Assembly (NCBI GenBank): GCA_025363505.1
Contig: JANYDV010000211.1
Coordinates: 1-41,773, forward strand
Length of the DNA stretch: 41,773 bases
Direction: 5' to 3'
Source of the DNA: Bacteroidota bacterium
GTDB taxonomy: Bacteria > Bacteroidota > Ignavibacteria > Palsa-1295
The number at the start of each line of letters is the position of its first letter. Position 1 is the first letter of the stretch. The position numbers and the translations under genes are program-made. Positions 9,173-19,333 of this stretch are shown here, piece after piece. The notes beneath the pieces are model-generated. The model was not told the origin of the DNA. It searched no databases and saw nothing but the letters and a program-made list of their open reading frames with translations.

Positions 9173-9946
9173 TTAGTGTGCTTGTGATGCAATACGAACG
9201 ATCGTCATAAACGACTCTGCATCAAGAGCCGCACCGCCGATAAGCCCGCCATCAATATCCGGTTGATGTAATAATTGTTCTGCGTTTGAAGCATTCATAC
9301 TGCCTCCATATTGTATGCAGACGTTATTGGCTACTTCTTTTCCATACAACGCTTCGATCTCGGAGCGGATAAACGAATGCGAATCTTGTGCTATTTCGGG
9401 TGTAGCTGTTTTTCCGGTACCGATAGCCCAGACCGGTTCGTAGGCAATAGTTACTTGGTGCATTTGTTGCGCAGTCACATCACGCAAACAGCCCCGAAGC
9501 TGTTCGAGTAGTACTTCAAAAGTGCGCTGAAGTTCGCGTTCTTCGTGAGTTTCGCCCACACAGACAATCGGTTTTAAGCCGTTACTGAGTGCGGCAAGTA
9601 TTTTTTTGTTAATGAATTCATTTGTCTCACTAAAAATTGCACGGCGTTCCGAATGACCAACAATCACATAAGTACATCCTGCTTCGACTAACATTCGTGT
9701 CGAAATTTCACCCGTATATGCTCCTTTTTGCTGATCGTGACAATTTTGCGCACCAACAGCAATACGTACACCACGATCACTCAATAACGAATGAGCTAAA
9801 GCGATTGAGGTAAATGGCGGACAGACAGCAATCTCGACATTTACAAATGAGTCTTGATACCGCGGCACAAGACCACCGATGAGATTCATCGTCTCATCGA
9901 GCGAGCCATTCATTTTCCAATTACCACAGATAAATGTTCTTCTCAT
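9173..9946 (-). CDS. tpiA: Triosephosphate isomerase
   Basis: 257 aa. Motifs 'ICGNWKMNG', 'VIVGHSERR', 'AYEPVWAIGTG', 'IQYGGS'. ATGA overlap with gatB. Confidence 0.95.
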   Translation of the reverse strand: MRRTFICGNWKMNGSLDETMNLIGGLVPRYQDSFVNVEIAVCPPFTSIALAHSLLSDRGVRIAVGAQNCHDQQKGAYTGEISTRMLVEAGCTYVIVGHSERRAIFSETNEFINKKILAALSNGLKPIVCVGETHEERELQRTFEVLLEQLRGCLRDVTAQQMHQVTIAYEPVWAIGTGKTATPEIAQDSHSFIRSEIEALYGKEVANNVCIQYGGSMNASNAEQLLHQPDIDGGLIGGAALDAESFMTIVRIASQAH

Positions 9947-11409
9947 GCTTTTTCTAATTCTTCTTTCACCAACTCATTGAGCAGAGTCGGATTTGCTTTG
10001 CCGCCCATTGCTTTCATTGTTTGCCCTACAAAAAAACCGAAGAGATTTACTTTGCCTGATTTATATTTTGCAATGTTATCTGGGTTGCCCTCAAGAATAG
10101 TACGGATTGCCTGGCGCAACGCACCCTCATCAGAAACTTGAATCATCCCGCGATCTTGAACAATTTCTTTCGGAGATTTTTGATTACCCGGCAATTCGGG
10201 CAACAAATCTTTTGCTATTTTATTCGATATGGTCCCATCAGTGACCAGCGTGATCAACTCCGCAAGGTGTGACGGCAGCAAGCCGAGCGACTTAATAGTC
10301 GCTTTGCGTTCGGTGAGCATACGCATCACATCGCCCATTGTATAATTCGAAATTGATTTGATCACCTCATTCGATTTACCGGCGAGTGCCTCGATAGCCT
10401 GCTCAAAAAAATCCGCGGTTGCTTTGTCAACGGTCAATACATCGGCATCGTATTTCGGCAATTCAAAATCGCGAATAAAGCGGTCGCGGCGGTCACGTTG
10501 AAGTTCGGGTATTTCTGCTCGAACTTCGTCAATATACTCTTTGGTAATAGTGACAGGCACAAGATCAGGCTCGGGGAAATAACGATAGTCGTGTGCATCT
10601 TCTTTGGTGCGCATGGCTCGGGTGAGAGATTTGTTGGGGTCAAAAGCCATAGTTTGATGCAATACCACCCCTCCCTCTTCGATCACTGCGATCTGACGAA
10701 CAATCTCTGCTTCGATAGCGAGTTTTACATTACGAAAGCTATTGAGGTTTTTTACTTCTGTTTTTTGTCCAAATTTTTCCGTACCTCGTAATCGCACAGA
10801 TACATTGGCATCGCATCGAAGCGAGCCTTCTTCCATATTGCCGTCACAAATACCGAGATATGTTACAATTGATTTGATCGCCGTAAGATAGGCATACGCT
10901 TGATCGCTCGAGCGCATATCGGGTTCGCTGACGATTTCGATCAGTGGCACTCCGGCACGATTGAGATCAACAAGTGTCTCAGTACCAAAATCGTGAATTG
11001 ATTTTCCGGAATCCTCTTCCATATGGATTCGGGTAATGCCGATTCGTTTGGTCTCGCCGTCGGGCAATTCCGTTTCTATAAAACCATTGTGACAGATAGG
11101 GGTATCATATTGCGAAATTTGATAACCCTTCGGGAGATCAGGATAAAAATAATTTTTTCTTGCAAAAATTGACCGCGGACGAATTTCACAATGGGTAGCA
11201 ATTCCCATACGGACAATAAAGCGTAACAGGTTCTCATTGAGTGTCGGCAGCGTACCCGGATGTGCGAGGCAAATCGGGCAAGTACGGGTGTTAGGTGCTC
11301 CGCCAAACTCGGTCGAACACGTGCAAAATGCCTTCGACTTTGTCAGCATCTGCGCGTGAACTTCCAGCCCGATCACAGGCTCGTATTTTGAAAATATTGC
11401 TGTATCCAT
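9943..11409 (-). CDS. gatB: Asp-tRNA(Asn)/Glu-tRNA(Gln) amidotransferase subunit B
   Basis: 488 aa. Motifs 'YEPVIGLEVHAQ', 'CPICLAHPGTLP', 'RIHMEEDSGK', and a C-terminal GatB/YqeY tail. Confidence 0.95.
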   Translation of the reverse strand: MDTAIFSKYEPVIGLEVHAQMLTKSKAFCTCSTEFGGAPNTRTCPICLAHPGTLPTLNENLLRFIVRMGIATHCEIRPRSIFARKNYFYPDLPKGYQISQYDTPICHNGFIETELPDGETKRIGITRIHMEEDSGKSIHDFGTETLVDLNRAGVPLIEIVSEPDMRSSDQAYAYLTAIKSIVTYLGICDGNMEEGSLRCDANVSVRLRGTEKFGQKTEVKNLNSFRNVKLAIEAEIVRQIAVIEEGGVVLHQTMAFDPNKSLTRAMRTKEDAHDYRYFPEPDLVPVTITKEYIDEVRAEIPELQRDRRDRFIRDFELPKYDADVLTVDKATADFFEQAIEALAGKSNEVIKSISNYTMGDVMRMLTERKATIKSLGLLPSHLAELITLVTDGTISNKIAKDLLPELPGNQKSPKEIVQDRGMIQVSDEGALRQAIRTILEGNPDNIAKYKSGKVNLFGFFVGQTMKAMGGKANPTLLNELVKEELEKA

Positions 11410-11433
11410 AGATTGTAGAAGAGCACAACAGTT

Positions 11434-12534
11434 CTATCGGGGTGTCCGTTTCGACTCGACGGCATCACGAAAGAAGGTTTTTAAGAGCGATTGAAAGTGC
11501 CAGAGAGCTTCTTCGTGCTTGACCGAGAAGCGACCTTTGTCATAGGAGCGCGAGCGAACGCCGCGATGTACCAACTCGCAGATCTCAATATCTTCCACCT
11601 GAACACTATCACTGAATGTGAGATCGTCGGCAATCTGTTGTTCAGAGGTACCGGCTACATAATAATAATCAAAATGGACAATACAACGCTCGGCATCAAT
11701 CGGCTCCACGATATTCGTTTGGAGCCTCCCGGGCAAGATATTCAGCATTAAATTAGGAAAAATAAAATAGTATAATGCTTCGCCCGCACCAGAGGAATAG
11801 ATATTTTCTGCTGAGGTTAAAAGACTATGCTGAAATGAATACCACTCGCGAACTTTAGTTTTGTAGGAGTGATAATCATAGAGCTTCATTAATTCGGGAT
11901 GTACTAACGGAACATGATAGCCTTCGAGATAATTATCGACAAATATTTTCCAATTGCACTTTAGATCGTAACTCTTTCGCCGATGATACTGTAACTCGCC
12001 TAAACCCGGCTTCCCTATTCGATCACTGATGCCTGTAAACAATTCATTGAACGATGGTTTTCCCGGTACGAGTCGGGCAAAAACAAAACCTTCCCAGACT
12101 GCTAACTCTACCGGAGCAAGACCGAATGCTGTTTTATCAAAATGAGCGACTGAGTCAAAGTCAGGAACACCTTTAAGTCTTCCGTCAAGTTCATAGGTCC
12201 AGCCGTGATACTTGCATTGCAAATGTGACGCACAACCGCTGCCGATTGCAAGCGGACCGCCGCGATGGCGACAGACATTATAAAAACATCGAAGGATATT
12301 ATCTTTACCTCGGACAATAATTAAAGGCTCGGATGCAATCTCGGCAATAAAATACTCACCCGACCTCGCGGCTTGTGATTGGCGACCAACGCATTGCCAT
12401 GTTTGTGCAAAGACTGCTTCTTTTTCGAGTCTCCATATATCGTCAGAATTGTACCACGACGATGGTATTGTCTCAGCTTCGGCGAGCGGTTTTATCACCA
12501 ACTCCGATTGATCAATTATCGGCAAGTTCTGCAT
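11434..12534 (-). CDS. Rieske [2Fe-2S] aromatic-ring-hydroxylating / choline-monooxygenase-like oxygenase, alpha subunit
   Basis: Rieske motif 'CRHRGGPL...CKYHGWTY'. Mononuclear-iron region 'NWKIFVDNYLEGYHVPLVHPEL'. The long ORF (to 12618) would overlap the upstream gene by 13 nt, so I prefer the ATG at 12534 ('MQNLPIID'). Confidence 0.8.
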   Translation of the reverse strand: MQNLPIIDQSELVIKPLAEAETIPSSWYNSDDIWRLEKEAVFAQTWQCVGRQSQAARSGEYFIAEIASEPLIIVRGKDNILRCFYNVCRHRGGPLAIGSGCASHLQCKYHGWTYELDGRLKGVPDFDSVAHFDKTAFGLAPVELAVWEGFVFARLVPGKPSFNELFTGISDRIGKPGLGELQYHRRKSYDLKCNWKIFVDNYLEGYHVPLVHPELMKLYDYHSYKTKVREWYSFQHSLLTSAENIYSSGAGEALYYFIFPNLMLNILPGRLQTNIVEPIDAERCIVHFDYYYVAGTSEQQIADDLTFSDSVQVEDIEICELVHRGVRSRSYDKGRFSVKHEEALWHFQSLLKTFFRDAVESKRTPR

Positions 12535-12605
12535 CGTAGTCAAACACGATAGAAGGCAGAGATGGTTTTCAGGAGGAGTGGGCAAAATTCTATCCTGTTG
12601 ATAAT

Positions 12606-13757
12606 TTACTCGCGGCAATCTGTAGTGAAAGTAAATGCATACGCCGCAAATGAGGGTGAATCACTCGACAGACGCAGGGTCATATTTCCAAATGTTGAAT
12701 TATTAATGATATTATACATTCTTGGTTCAGTTGCCACGAGATATGTCTTATTATTCTCTTCGAGAATATCAGAACCCCGATCTGCTGGTCCAATAGGAAT
12801 ACCATTTTGTTCGACAAGCACACGAGCCGCTTTCCCATCTTGTGGATGAATAACAAGATTTACTTCTTTTGCTTGGTAGTTGATTACCAAACTGGACATT
12901 GCGCCGCCGGTAGGCATCGCAAATTCACGTCGAATGGTCCACGCCCCCTCATAATACAACCGATCTTCTTCAAGTGTCGATGGCAGAGTAAAGAGTATTG
13001 ATTTATTGGGGACTACTTCTTCAGTATTTGCAGGGCGGTTGCGTTCGAAGCCTATATATGTTTCCGGAGTAGGCTTATAGCAGACGGAGCCTGGTTTATC
13101 GCTGGTTCTGACAAGGGCTGTGAGGTCAGGAAGAACGGTCGTCGCATCACGCTCGAGGAGAATTTTTTGTAAAAACGCTTCGAACTCTTGATACTCCCCT
13201 TCACCGGTATGTGTCGTTCGTAAAATTCCGTTGGCATCAAATAGGTATTTAGCGGGCCAATAATGATTTGCAAACGAATGCCAGATTTCATATTCATTAT
13301 CGGCGATGATAGGATATTCCAACTGAAATTTCTTGATCGCCGCTTTCAGATTTTCCGGCAACCGTTCGAAGTCGAACTCCGGCGAGTGAATTCCAATCAC
13401 GACCAATCCCTTGTTTTTATATTTCTTTGCCCAAGATTTGATATACGGCAGAGTGCGGATACAATTTATACAAGTATAATCCCAGATATCAATAAGTACT
13501 ACTTTACCTTTTAATGAGGCTTTCGTCAGATCAGAAGGCTTGGTATTATAATATCGGTCTGCATTATAGTTTGTCGGCAGTGGCGGCATATGAATATGCT
13601 CACCGGCTTGCTCTTTCATCTTCGAGGCGAGTGTTGCGCGTTCGGGTGACATTAAGACTTGAGGTTTAAATGAAAGTTGCGCCCAAAGCGCAGCCGGGAA
13701 TATTATTGCGGCGGCGACTATTACTGCAAAAATTGAAAATCGTCTGCTGTTGTACAT
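12606..13757 (-). CDS. Secreted thioredoxin-like (redoxin) protein with C-terminal beta-rich domain (DipZ C-terminal-like)
   Basis: 383 aa with a signal peptide/anchor 'FSIFAVIVAAAIIFPAALWAQ'. TlpA/redoxin core is 'VVLIDIWDYTCINCIRTLP' (CxxC). It is followed by a domain of about 170 aa, as in DipZ-type proteins. Confidence 0.75.
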   Translation of the reverse strand: MYNSRRFSIFAVIVAAAIIFPAALWAQLSFKPQVLMSPERATLASKMKEQAGEHIHMPPLPTNYNADRYYNTKPSDLTKASLKGKVVLIDIWDYTCINCIRTLPYIKSWAKKYKNKGLVVIGIHSPEFDFERLPENLKAAIKKFQLEYPIIADNEYEIWHSFANHYWPAKYLFDANGILRTTHTGEGEYQEFEAFLQKILLERDATTVLPDLTALVRTSDKPGSVCYKPTPETYIGFERNRPANTEEVVPNKSILFTLPSTLEEDRLYYEGAWTIRREFAMPTGGAMSSLVINYQAKEVNLVIHPQDGKAARVLVEQNGIPIGPADRGSDILEENNKTYLVATEPRMYNIINNSTFGNMTLRLSSDSPSFAAYAFTFTTDCRE

Positions 13758-13775
13758 GACTTTTTCTGAGTATGA

Positions 13776-14366
13776 TCACGAAGGTTTTCCTTTCGAGATA
13801 AAGTCGTTATTCGCGATAAGAAAACGCCAGGGTAGTTCGGTGGCTCGTGTTATACCGATACGGGTTGTGACGCTGACGGTTTCATTGTTGCTAAGCTTGC
13901 CTTTTGTAAAAAACAATGTGTCGCTTTCGAGAAGATCAATATTACTTTCCGCCCGAGCAATACTCATTGCTTGGCAGAGTTTTGCGGGTCCTGAAAGTAG
14001 ATCAATGTTTTTTTTTGCCTTTGGTCGGGCATCATACATTTCTTCGATACCTTCGAGTGGCTCCAAGGCACGTATCAATACCGCTGACCCAAAATGTTCT
14101 TTCCCGGTAACCACATTAAAACAATAATGCATTCCGTAGGTAAAGTACACATACGAAAACCCCGCTAAACCAAAGAGTGGGCTGTTGCGCTCAGTCTTGC
14201 CATTGTATCCATGACAAGCGGCATCGGTCTGATCATACGCCTCGGTCTCGACGATTCGACCAATCAACTCTTTCCCACTGACGAAACGGTGCAATTTGGC
14301 TCCGAGTAGTTCTCGTGCAACGGTCGGAGCATCGCGCTCAAAAAAAGAACGGGTATATCGCAACAA
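13776..14366 (-). CDS. mpg: DNA-3-methyladenine glycosylase (Mpg/AAG family)
   Basis: 196 aa with a TTG start (plus-strand caa at 14364-14366). Motifs 'FFERDAPTVARELLG', 'RIVETEAY', 'DAACHGY', 'FTYGMHYCFNVV'. Confidence 0.85.
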   Translation of the reverse strand: MLRYTRSFFERDAPTVARELLGAKLHRFVSGKELIGRIVETEAYDQTDAACHGYNGKTERNSPLFGLAGFSYVYFTYGMHYCFNVVTGKEHFGSAVLIRALEPLEGIEEMYDARPKAKKNIDLLSGPAKLCQAMSIARAESNIDLLESDTLFFTKGKLSNNETVSVTTRIGITRATELPWRFLIANNDFISKGKPS

Positions 14367-14375
14367 TAGTGAATG

Positions 14376-16454
14376 TTATGTATGAGGATGCGAATCACTC
14401 AAAAACAGCGTTTCGAATGCTTTTGCAGAATGTATGGGTAAATCACAAGTGTGATTGTGACAATAATAGACCGTAAATTGATCAGTAGCAAGCGAGCGAG
14501 CAAACTCCGATAATGATTCATTATTATTGTCAGCATAGAGCAGCACTTTACGCGGCATATACTTTTTGGAAAGCAGCGTTCGGATGGAATGCAACTCGGT
14601 CATATATATATCAGACTGATTCTCTTTTCCGCCCACTACTATTTCCGCCGGCAAGTGCAATTGCCACATCGCTGCGCTAAGAAGTTCGGGCATGGTGTAT
14701 GGATAGCGTATGAGTCTGCCGGAAAAAAATTGTATCGTTGCCGAAGCCTTATCATTGTAGTTGCTGTTGCCGGTGATGGTGAAGAGTCTGAATAAATTTT
14801 GAACAGCCACTGAATTTCCACTTGGTTCTGCGCCATCATATTCGTTTTTTGTACGAATGATAAGATCACTATTATTTGTACTGGTAAAATATCCGCCAAG
14901 CGTAGTGTCAAATAATTTTTTATCTTGATCGGCTTGAAGTGTTATCGCACGATCGAGCCAGATCGGGTCAAAACTTGTTTCATACAATGACAGATATCCC
15001 TTGATCAAGAATGCAAAACTTTCGAGGTACGCTTCGAATTTTGCCTCACCGTCACGCCACCGATGACGTAGTGCATTGCCGGTCTTTTGGTATAATTCAT
15101 TCCAAATAAAACTACCTGCGGTTGTCGCCGCATCGAGATACTTCGCAGAATCAAAAACTTGCGATGCTCTTGCAAGTGCCGAGATCATCAGCCCATTCCA
15201 TGGAGTAAGGATTTTATCATCCAGTAAGGGTGGAATACGTGTTGAGCGTACGGCTAATAATTTGTTAGCGCATTCGGTTAATCGTGTACGAACCATTTCC
15301 AGATCAAGTCCTGCAAAAGTGGCAACCTCAGGCGTTGTATGAGCGCGATAGAGAATATTCTGTTCATCTTCCCAATTGCCTGATTCAGAAATTCCAAAAC
15401 GATACGCAAAAAGTCTTGCATCTTCGATACCAAGAATATCGACAATCTCGTGGTAAGTCCAGACATAATACTTTCCTTCAACCCCTTCACTATCAGCATC
15501 AAGAGCGCTATAGAAACCACCGGCGGGGTTCGTCATATCAGAAAGAACGAAATCGGCGATTGAAGCAACAACATCGCGATAGAATAAATCACCGCTGATC
15601 TGATAGGCATCAAGATATGAGTCAAGCAACTGCGCTTGGTCATAGAGCATTTTCTCGAAATGAGGTGCGAACCACTTATTATCAACTGCATAGCGATGGA
15701 AGCCTCCGGCAAGTTGATCATTAATACCACCCATCGCCATTTTCTTCAGCGTAAAGAGTGCCATTTTCCTCGCATCACTATCAGCACTTATATCATAATA
15801 TTGAAAGAGTAAATTGAATTGTGAAGGTCTCGGAAATTTTGGCGCAGAACCAAATCCGCCTTCAATTGAATCAAATGATGTCTTAAAATATTCGACGCAA
15901 GATTCTATGGCATGTTCGATTGAAGTGGACGTTGGCGCTTCGAGTTGTTGTTCTGACATGGCTTTTGTCAGTTCATCCGCCGATCCGAGAATATCTTCTT
16001 GTCGAGTATCCCACAAGGTGACAATACGTTCGAGCAACTGCGGGAAACTTGGTCTTCCGTGCGCGGGCACGGGGGGGAAATAGGTACCACAAAAAAAAGG
16101 CTTGCGAGTTGGCGTCAGGAAACAACTCATGGGCCAGCCGCCACTTCCGGTCATAGCTTGAGTCGCTGCCATATAAATTGCATCGACATCGGGTCGTTCT
16201 TCGCGATCAACTTTGATACAAATAAAATGTGCATTGAGATAAGCGGCAGTAGCAGTATTCTCAAAACTTTCGTGCTCCATTACATGACACCAATGGCACG
16301 TCGAATACCCGATCGAAAGAAAGATTGCTTTATTTTCAGTAGTAGCACGAGCAAATGCTTCTTCCGACCACGGATACCACTCAACAGGATTATTAGCGTG
16401 CTGCAGTAGATACGGTGATTTTTCGTTGATTAAATGATTCGGCTTGTCATGCAT
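14376..16454 (-). CDS. Thioredoxin-domain protein, DUF255 / YyaL (SSP411-like) with (alpha/alpha)6 barrel
   Basis: 692 aa. Motifs '[27 protein letters not shown]' and '[17 protein letters not shown]', followed by a long N-acylglucosamine-epimerase-like helical region. Confidence 0.85.
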   Translation of the reverse strand: MHDKPNHLINEKSPYLLQHANNPVEWYPWSEEAFARATTENKAIFLSIGYSTCHWCHVMEHESFENTATAAYLNAHFICIKVDREERPDVDAIYMAATQAMTGSGGWPMSCFLTPTRKPFFCGTYFPPVPAHGRPSFPQLLERIVTLWDTRQEDILGSADELTKAMSEQQLEAPTSTSIEHAIESCVEYFKTSFDSIEGGFGSAPKFPRPSQFNLLFQYYDISADSDARKMALFTLKKMAMGGINDQLAGGFHRYAVDNKWFAPHFEKMLYDQAQLLDSYLDAYQISGDLFYRDVVASIADFVLSDMTNPAGGFYSALDADSEGVEGKYYVWTYHEIVDILGIEDARLFAYRFGISESGNWEDEQNILYRAHTTPEVATFAGLDLEMVRTRLTECANKLLAVRSTRIPPLLDDKILTPWNGLMISALARASQVFDSAKYLDAATTAGSFIWNELYQKTGNALRHRWRDGEAKFEAYLESFAFLIKGYLSLYETSFDPIWLDRAITLQADQDKKLFDTTLGGYFTSTNNSDLIIRTKNEYDGAEPSGNSVAVQNLFRLFTITGNSNYNDKASATIQFFSGRLIRYPYTMPELLSAAMWQLHLPAEIVVGGKENQSDIYMTELHSIRTLLSKKYMPRKVLLYADNNNESLSEFARSLATDQFTVYYCHNHTCDLPIHSAKAFETLFLSDSHPHT

Positions 16455-16487
16455 TCTGAAAACAACTGCGTATTGGTGAAAGTCTGC

Positions 16488-17195
16488 TTATAATTTAAAG
16501 TGTTCCTTGCGAAACTGAACAAGATCTCTTGGGCGATCAGTGACAATTGCCTTCGCTCCAAATTTTAATGCTTGTTCAAATTCTTCTTGGGTGTTGATCG
16601 TGTATATCGACAAATGAATTTTGTTGGAGAGAATATCGCTCATTCTCCATTGATCAAGTTCGCTTAACTGTGCCGCATACGACGCCGCACTTGTTTTCAT
16701 CAGTAATTCCGAAGGCAACCATTGGTCAATAGCTTCGATGCCGATAAACGAGGACATTTCTGTTGTAGGGTGGATGATTGTCGCACTACGTTCTTTCGAA
16801 AGTTCAGAAATATAATCGGGTCGGAATGAGGAGTAGAGCACACGATCTTCCATGTGATAGCGCTCGATTAATTCGAAGAGCTTTGGGACTAATGGAAGTT
16901 CATCAACGACGCCATAACCTTTAAGCTCAACATTCAAATACATCTTTCCCGTGACAAGAGCGACAATATCCTCGAAGCGTTCATATTTTCCACCACCGGA
17001 AATTTCATCGTGATGACAAACAATATCACCGGCGGTGGTGAATTGAATATCTACTTCAACCATTTCCGCACCACTTGTCAGTGCAGCTTCGATTGCGTCG
17101 CAAGAATTCTCGGGCGCACCGAGCGAGGTATCGCCACGATGTGCGCAGATCATCGGGTATTTGCTAAAATCAAATTCTTTCAGGGGGGCTATCAT
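16488..17195 (-). CDS. Glycerophosphodiester phosphodiesterase (cytoplasmic, canonical)
   Basis: 235 aa with no signal peptide. Motifs 'ICAHRGD', 'APENS', 'MVEVDIQ', 'CHHDE'. Its start overlaps the fmt stop (TAATG). Confidence 0.8.
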   Translation of the reverse strand: MIAPLKEFDFSKYPMICAHRGDTSLGAPENSCDAIEAALTSGAEMVEVDIQFTTAGDIVCHHDEISGGGKYERFEDIVALVTGKMYLNVELKGYGVVDELPLVPKLFELIERYHMEDRVLYSSFRPDYISELSKERSATIIHPTTEMSSFIGIEAIDQWLPSELLMKTSAASYAAQLSELDQWRMSDILSNKIHLSIYTINTQEEFEQALKFGAKAIVTDRPRDLVQFRKEHFKL

Positions 17196-18166
17196 TATTC
17201 TGGTTTATTAGTGATTACCATTCGTGCACCTCGGAGAAATTCCTCGGCACTCATTTTCTTTTTTCCTTCACGTTGTAACTCGTGTATTTCAATCGGCATT
17301 GTTGCCGTACCAACATATAACTTACGTTTATTAATAGAACTACCAAAATCTGCCGGCGGTAGTTTCCAATCTGAGTGATCAATTGTCGTGCGATAGATCT
17401 TCATTCGCTCTCCTGTTGGCAAGATCATCACCGCTCCGGGCGATGGCGAAAGTCCTCGGATATGGTTGTGCACATCTTCGGCAGGACGATTGAAGTTAAT
17501 AATACAATCTTCAGGAAATATTTTTGGGGCGGGGGTTGCTTCTGAAGCGTTTTGCATTTTTGGATGCAATGAGCCATTCGATAAGCCTCGTAATGTATCA
17601 ATGGCGAGCTTCGCACCAAGATGCATTAATTCATCATGAAGTTCGCCAACCGTTTCGTTTATGCCGATTGGTATTTTCTCTTGTAAGAGCATTCCACCGG
17701 TGTCGATCTGTTCATCGAGCAAAAACGTGGTAATGCCCGTCTCAGTCTCTCCGTTGAGAATCGCTCGGTGCATCGGTGCGGCGCCGCGATATTTTGGCAA
17801 CAGCGATGTATGGACATTAAATGTGCCAAGTCTCGGCATTGCGTATATTTCTTTCGGCAGTATTTTATAGGCGACGACACAAAAACAATCAGCCTCAAAC
17901 GACCGTAACTGTTCTATAAATTCTTGATCACGAACTTTTTTTGGTGCTAAAAAAGGAATACCGAGTTCAATAGCTTTCTCTTGAAGCACTGCGGGATGGG
18001 TCTTGAGACCTCTGCCTTGTTCTTTTTCAGCAGTAGTAACAACACACACAATATTTTCGCCGTGGGTAACGAGAGACTCTAATATATATGCGGCAAATTG
18101 CGGGGTGCCGAAGAATATGATCTTCAAGCCCGAAGGTGTTTCGTTATCCTTTCGATGTTCTAACAC
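17195..18166 (-). CDS. fmt: Methionyl-tRNA formyltransferase
   Basis: 323 aa. Motifs 'IIFFGTPQFA', 'NVHTSLLPKYRGAAPMHRAI', and a C-terminal Fmt OB-like domain. Confidence 0.9.
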   Translation of the reverse strand: MLEHRKDNETPSGLKIIFFGTPQFAAYILESLVTHGENIVCVVTTAEKEQGRGLKTHPAVLQEKAIELGIPFLAPKKVRDQEFIEQLRSFEADCFCVVAYKILPKEIYAMPRLGTFNVHTSLLPKYRGAAPMHRAILNGETETGITTFLLDEQIDTGGMLLQEKIPIGINETVGELHDELMHLGAKLAIDTLRGLSNGSLHPKMQNASEATPAPKIFPEDCIINFNRPAEDVHNHIRGLSPSPGAVMILPTGERMKIYRTTIDHSDWKLPPADFGSSINKRKLYVGTATMPIEIHELQREGKKKMSAEEFLRGARMVITNKPE

Positions 18167-18175
18167 AGTGTCAGT

Positions 18176-19240
18176 TTAACCAGCAAGTTTTTTCTTCAAT
18201 AGCATAATCACCGGTACCGGGCTTGGATCTTCCCCCAGCAGAAGAGCAATATAATAGCTAATCCAATCACCAAGTGCGATAAGCGAAAACATTCGTGCAA
18301 GACGAGAAGACCCCTTAGCTTCGAGCTCAATGACAACTACTCCTTTGCCGACTAACACTTCTTTTAAGATTTCAAAGCGTTTGCCGACACGTTCGTGCTC
18401 ATCTTGGGTCGAACGTAAAAAAATCGAAACGAAATGATCTTGAATACCGGTCGGGTGCGCCCAACCATTAATTTCGTTGTGATTCATTTCGGGCAGTACA
18501 TTTCCGAACGCAATATGTTTTGCGTTTTCCTGAATTTGTCCGCGCCAGCGAATATTCACGGTGTCGAGTGATTCGGAATCAGAGTATATCACGGGTACTT
18601 TCGAGCGCAATATTGTGGCAATACGAAGTGCGTCGTTATTTTCGTTTGTGGCGTCAGTACCATAACGTTTGACAAGTTCGTGCAACAGATCAGCTGTTTC
18701 TTTGAGATGTACTTTTTGCGATGAGCATAGTCCCATCCGCTCAAGAATAAGTAACACCGGCACAAACGAATATGCGAGCGCCGCTCGTGGCTGAAAACCC
18801 GTTGGGAGGGTGATGAAAGGTACCCCGTCGCGATCAGCCAATTCTTTAAGCTTACCGCCGGTCGAAGCACAAACAATCTGCGCACCTTTTGCACGAGCCA
18901 GGTCATACATCGACAATGTTTCTTCGGTTGATCCCGAATAACTTGAAACAATCACTAAGCTATTATTACTCGTAAACTCCGGAAGCGAGTACGTACGATT
19001 GATCACAAATGGCAATGACAGGGACGGCAATAAATATGAGCGAACCAGGTCACCACCGATTGCAGAACCGCCGAGACCGGCGAGAATAATATTGGTGATC
19101 GAGTCTTTGTTCGGGAGCGTAAGAGAGTCAAGTGCCTCTTCGGTGCGGGCAACAGCATCAAGAAATTGATCGCCCATTCCGGCAATCGCCAAACCCATTC
19201 CCCCTTGGTCAAGCCCTGCGATTAATTCTTTCGTGATCAT
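18176..19240 (-). CDS. Bifunctional phosphoglucose/phosphomannose isomerase (SIS family)
   Basis: 354 aa. SIS motifs 'LAGLGGSAIGGD' and 'SYSGSTEETL'. The C-terminal PGI/PMI-type domain contains 'EMNHNEINGW'. Confidence 0.8.
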   Translation of the reverse strand: MITKELIAGLDQGGMGLAIAGMGDQFLDAVARTEEALDSLTLPNKDSITNIILAGLGGSAIGGDLVRSYLLPSLSLPFVINRTYSLPEFTSNNSLVIVSSYSGSTEETLSMYDLARAKGAQIVCASTGGKLKELADRDGVPFITLPTGFQPRAALAYSFVPVLLILERMGLCSSQKVHLKETADLLHELVKRYGTDATNENNDALRIATILRSKVPVIYSDSESLDTVNIRWRGQIQENAKHIAFGNVLPEMNHNEINGWAHPTGIQDHFVSIFLRSTQDEHERVGKRFEILKEVLVGKGVVVIELEAKGSSRLARMFSLIALGDWISYYIALLLGEDPSPVPVIMLLKKKLAG

Positions 19241-19333
19241 ATTTGTATTTGTTTCGTGACGTTCTGCACGCTATACAACAGCGATCGGGGGAAGAGACGT
19301 TCAACCCGTGCAAGGAACAAATTTTGCAACGAA

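Noticed and set aside
12535-12618. 28-aa N-terminal extension of the Rieske oxygenase ORF
   Set aside because: It would overlap the upstream thioredoxin-like gene and adds a non-conserved-looking peptide. The internal ATG at 12534 is the more plausible start. This is not certain.
19241-19333. Looked for a terminator or ncRNA in the 93-nt spacer between the DUF2723 and PGI/PMI genes
   Set aside because: It contains only weak short stems (for example gctgt-tgt-atagc) and no T-tract.
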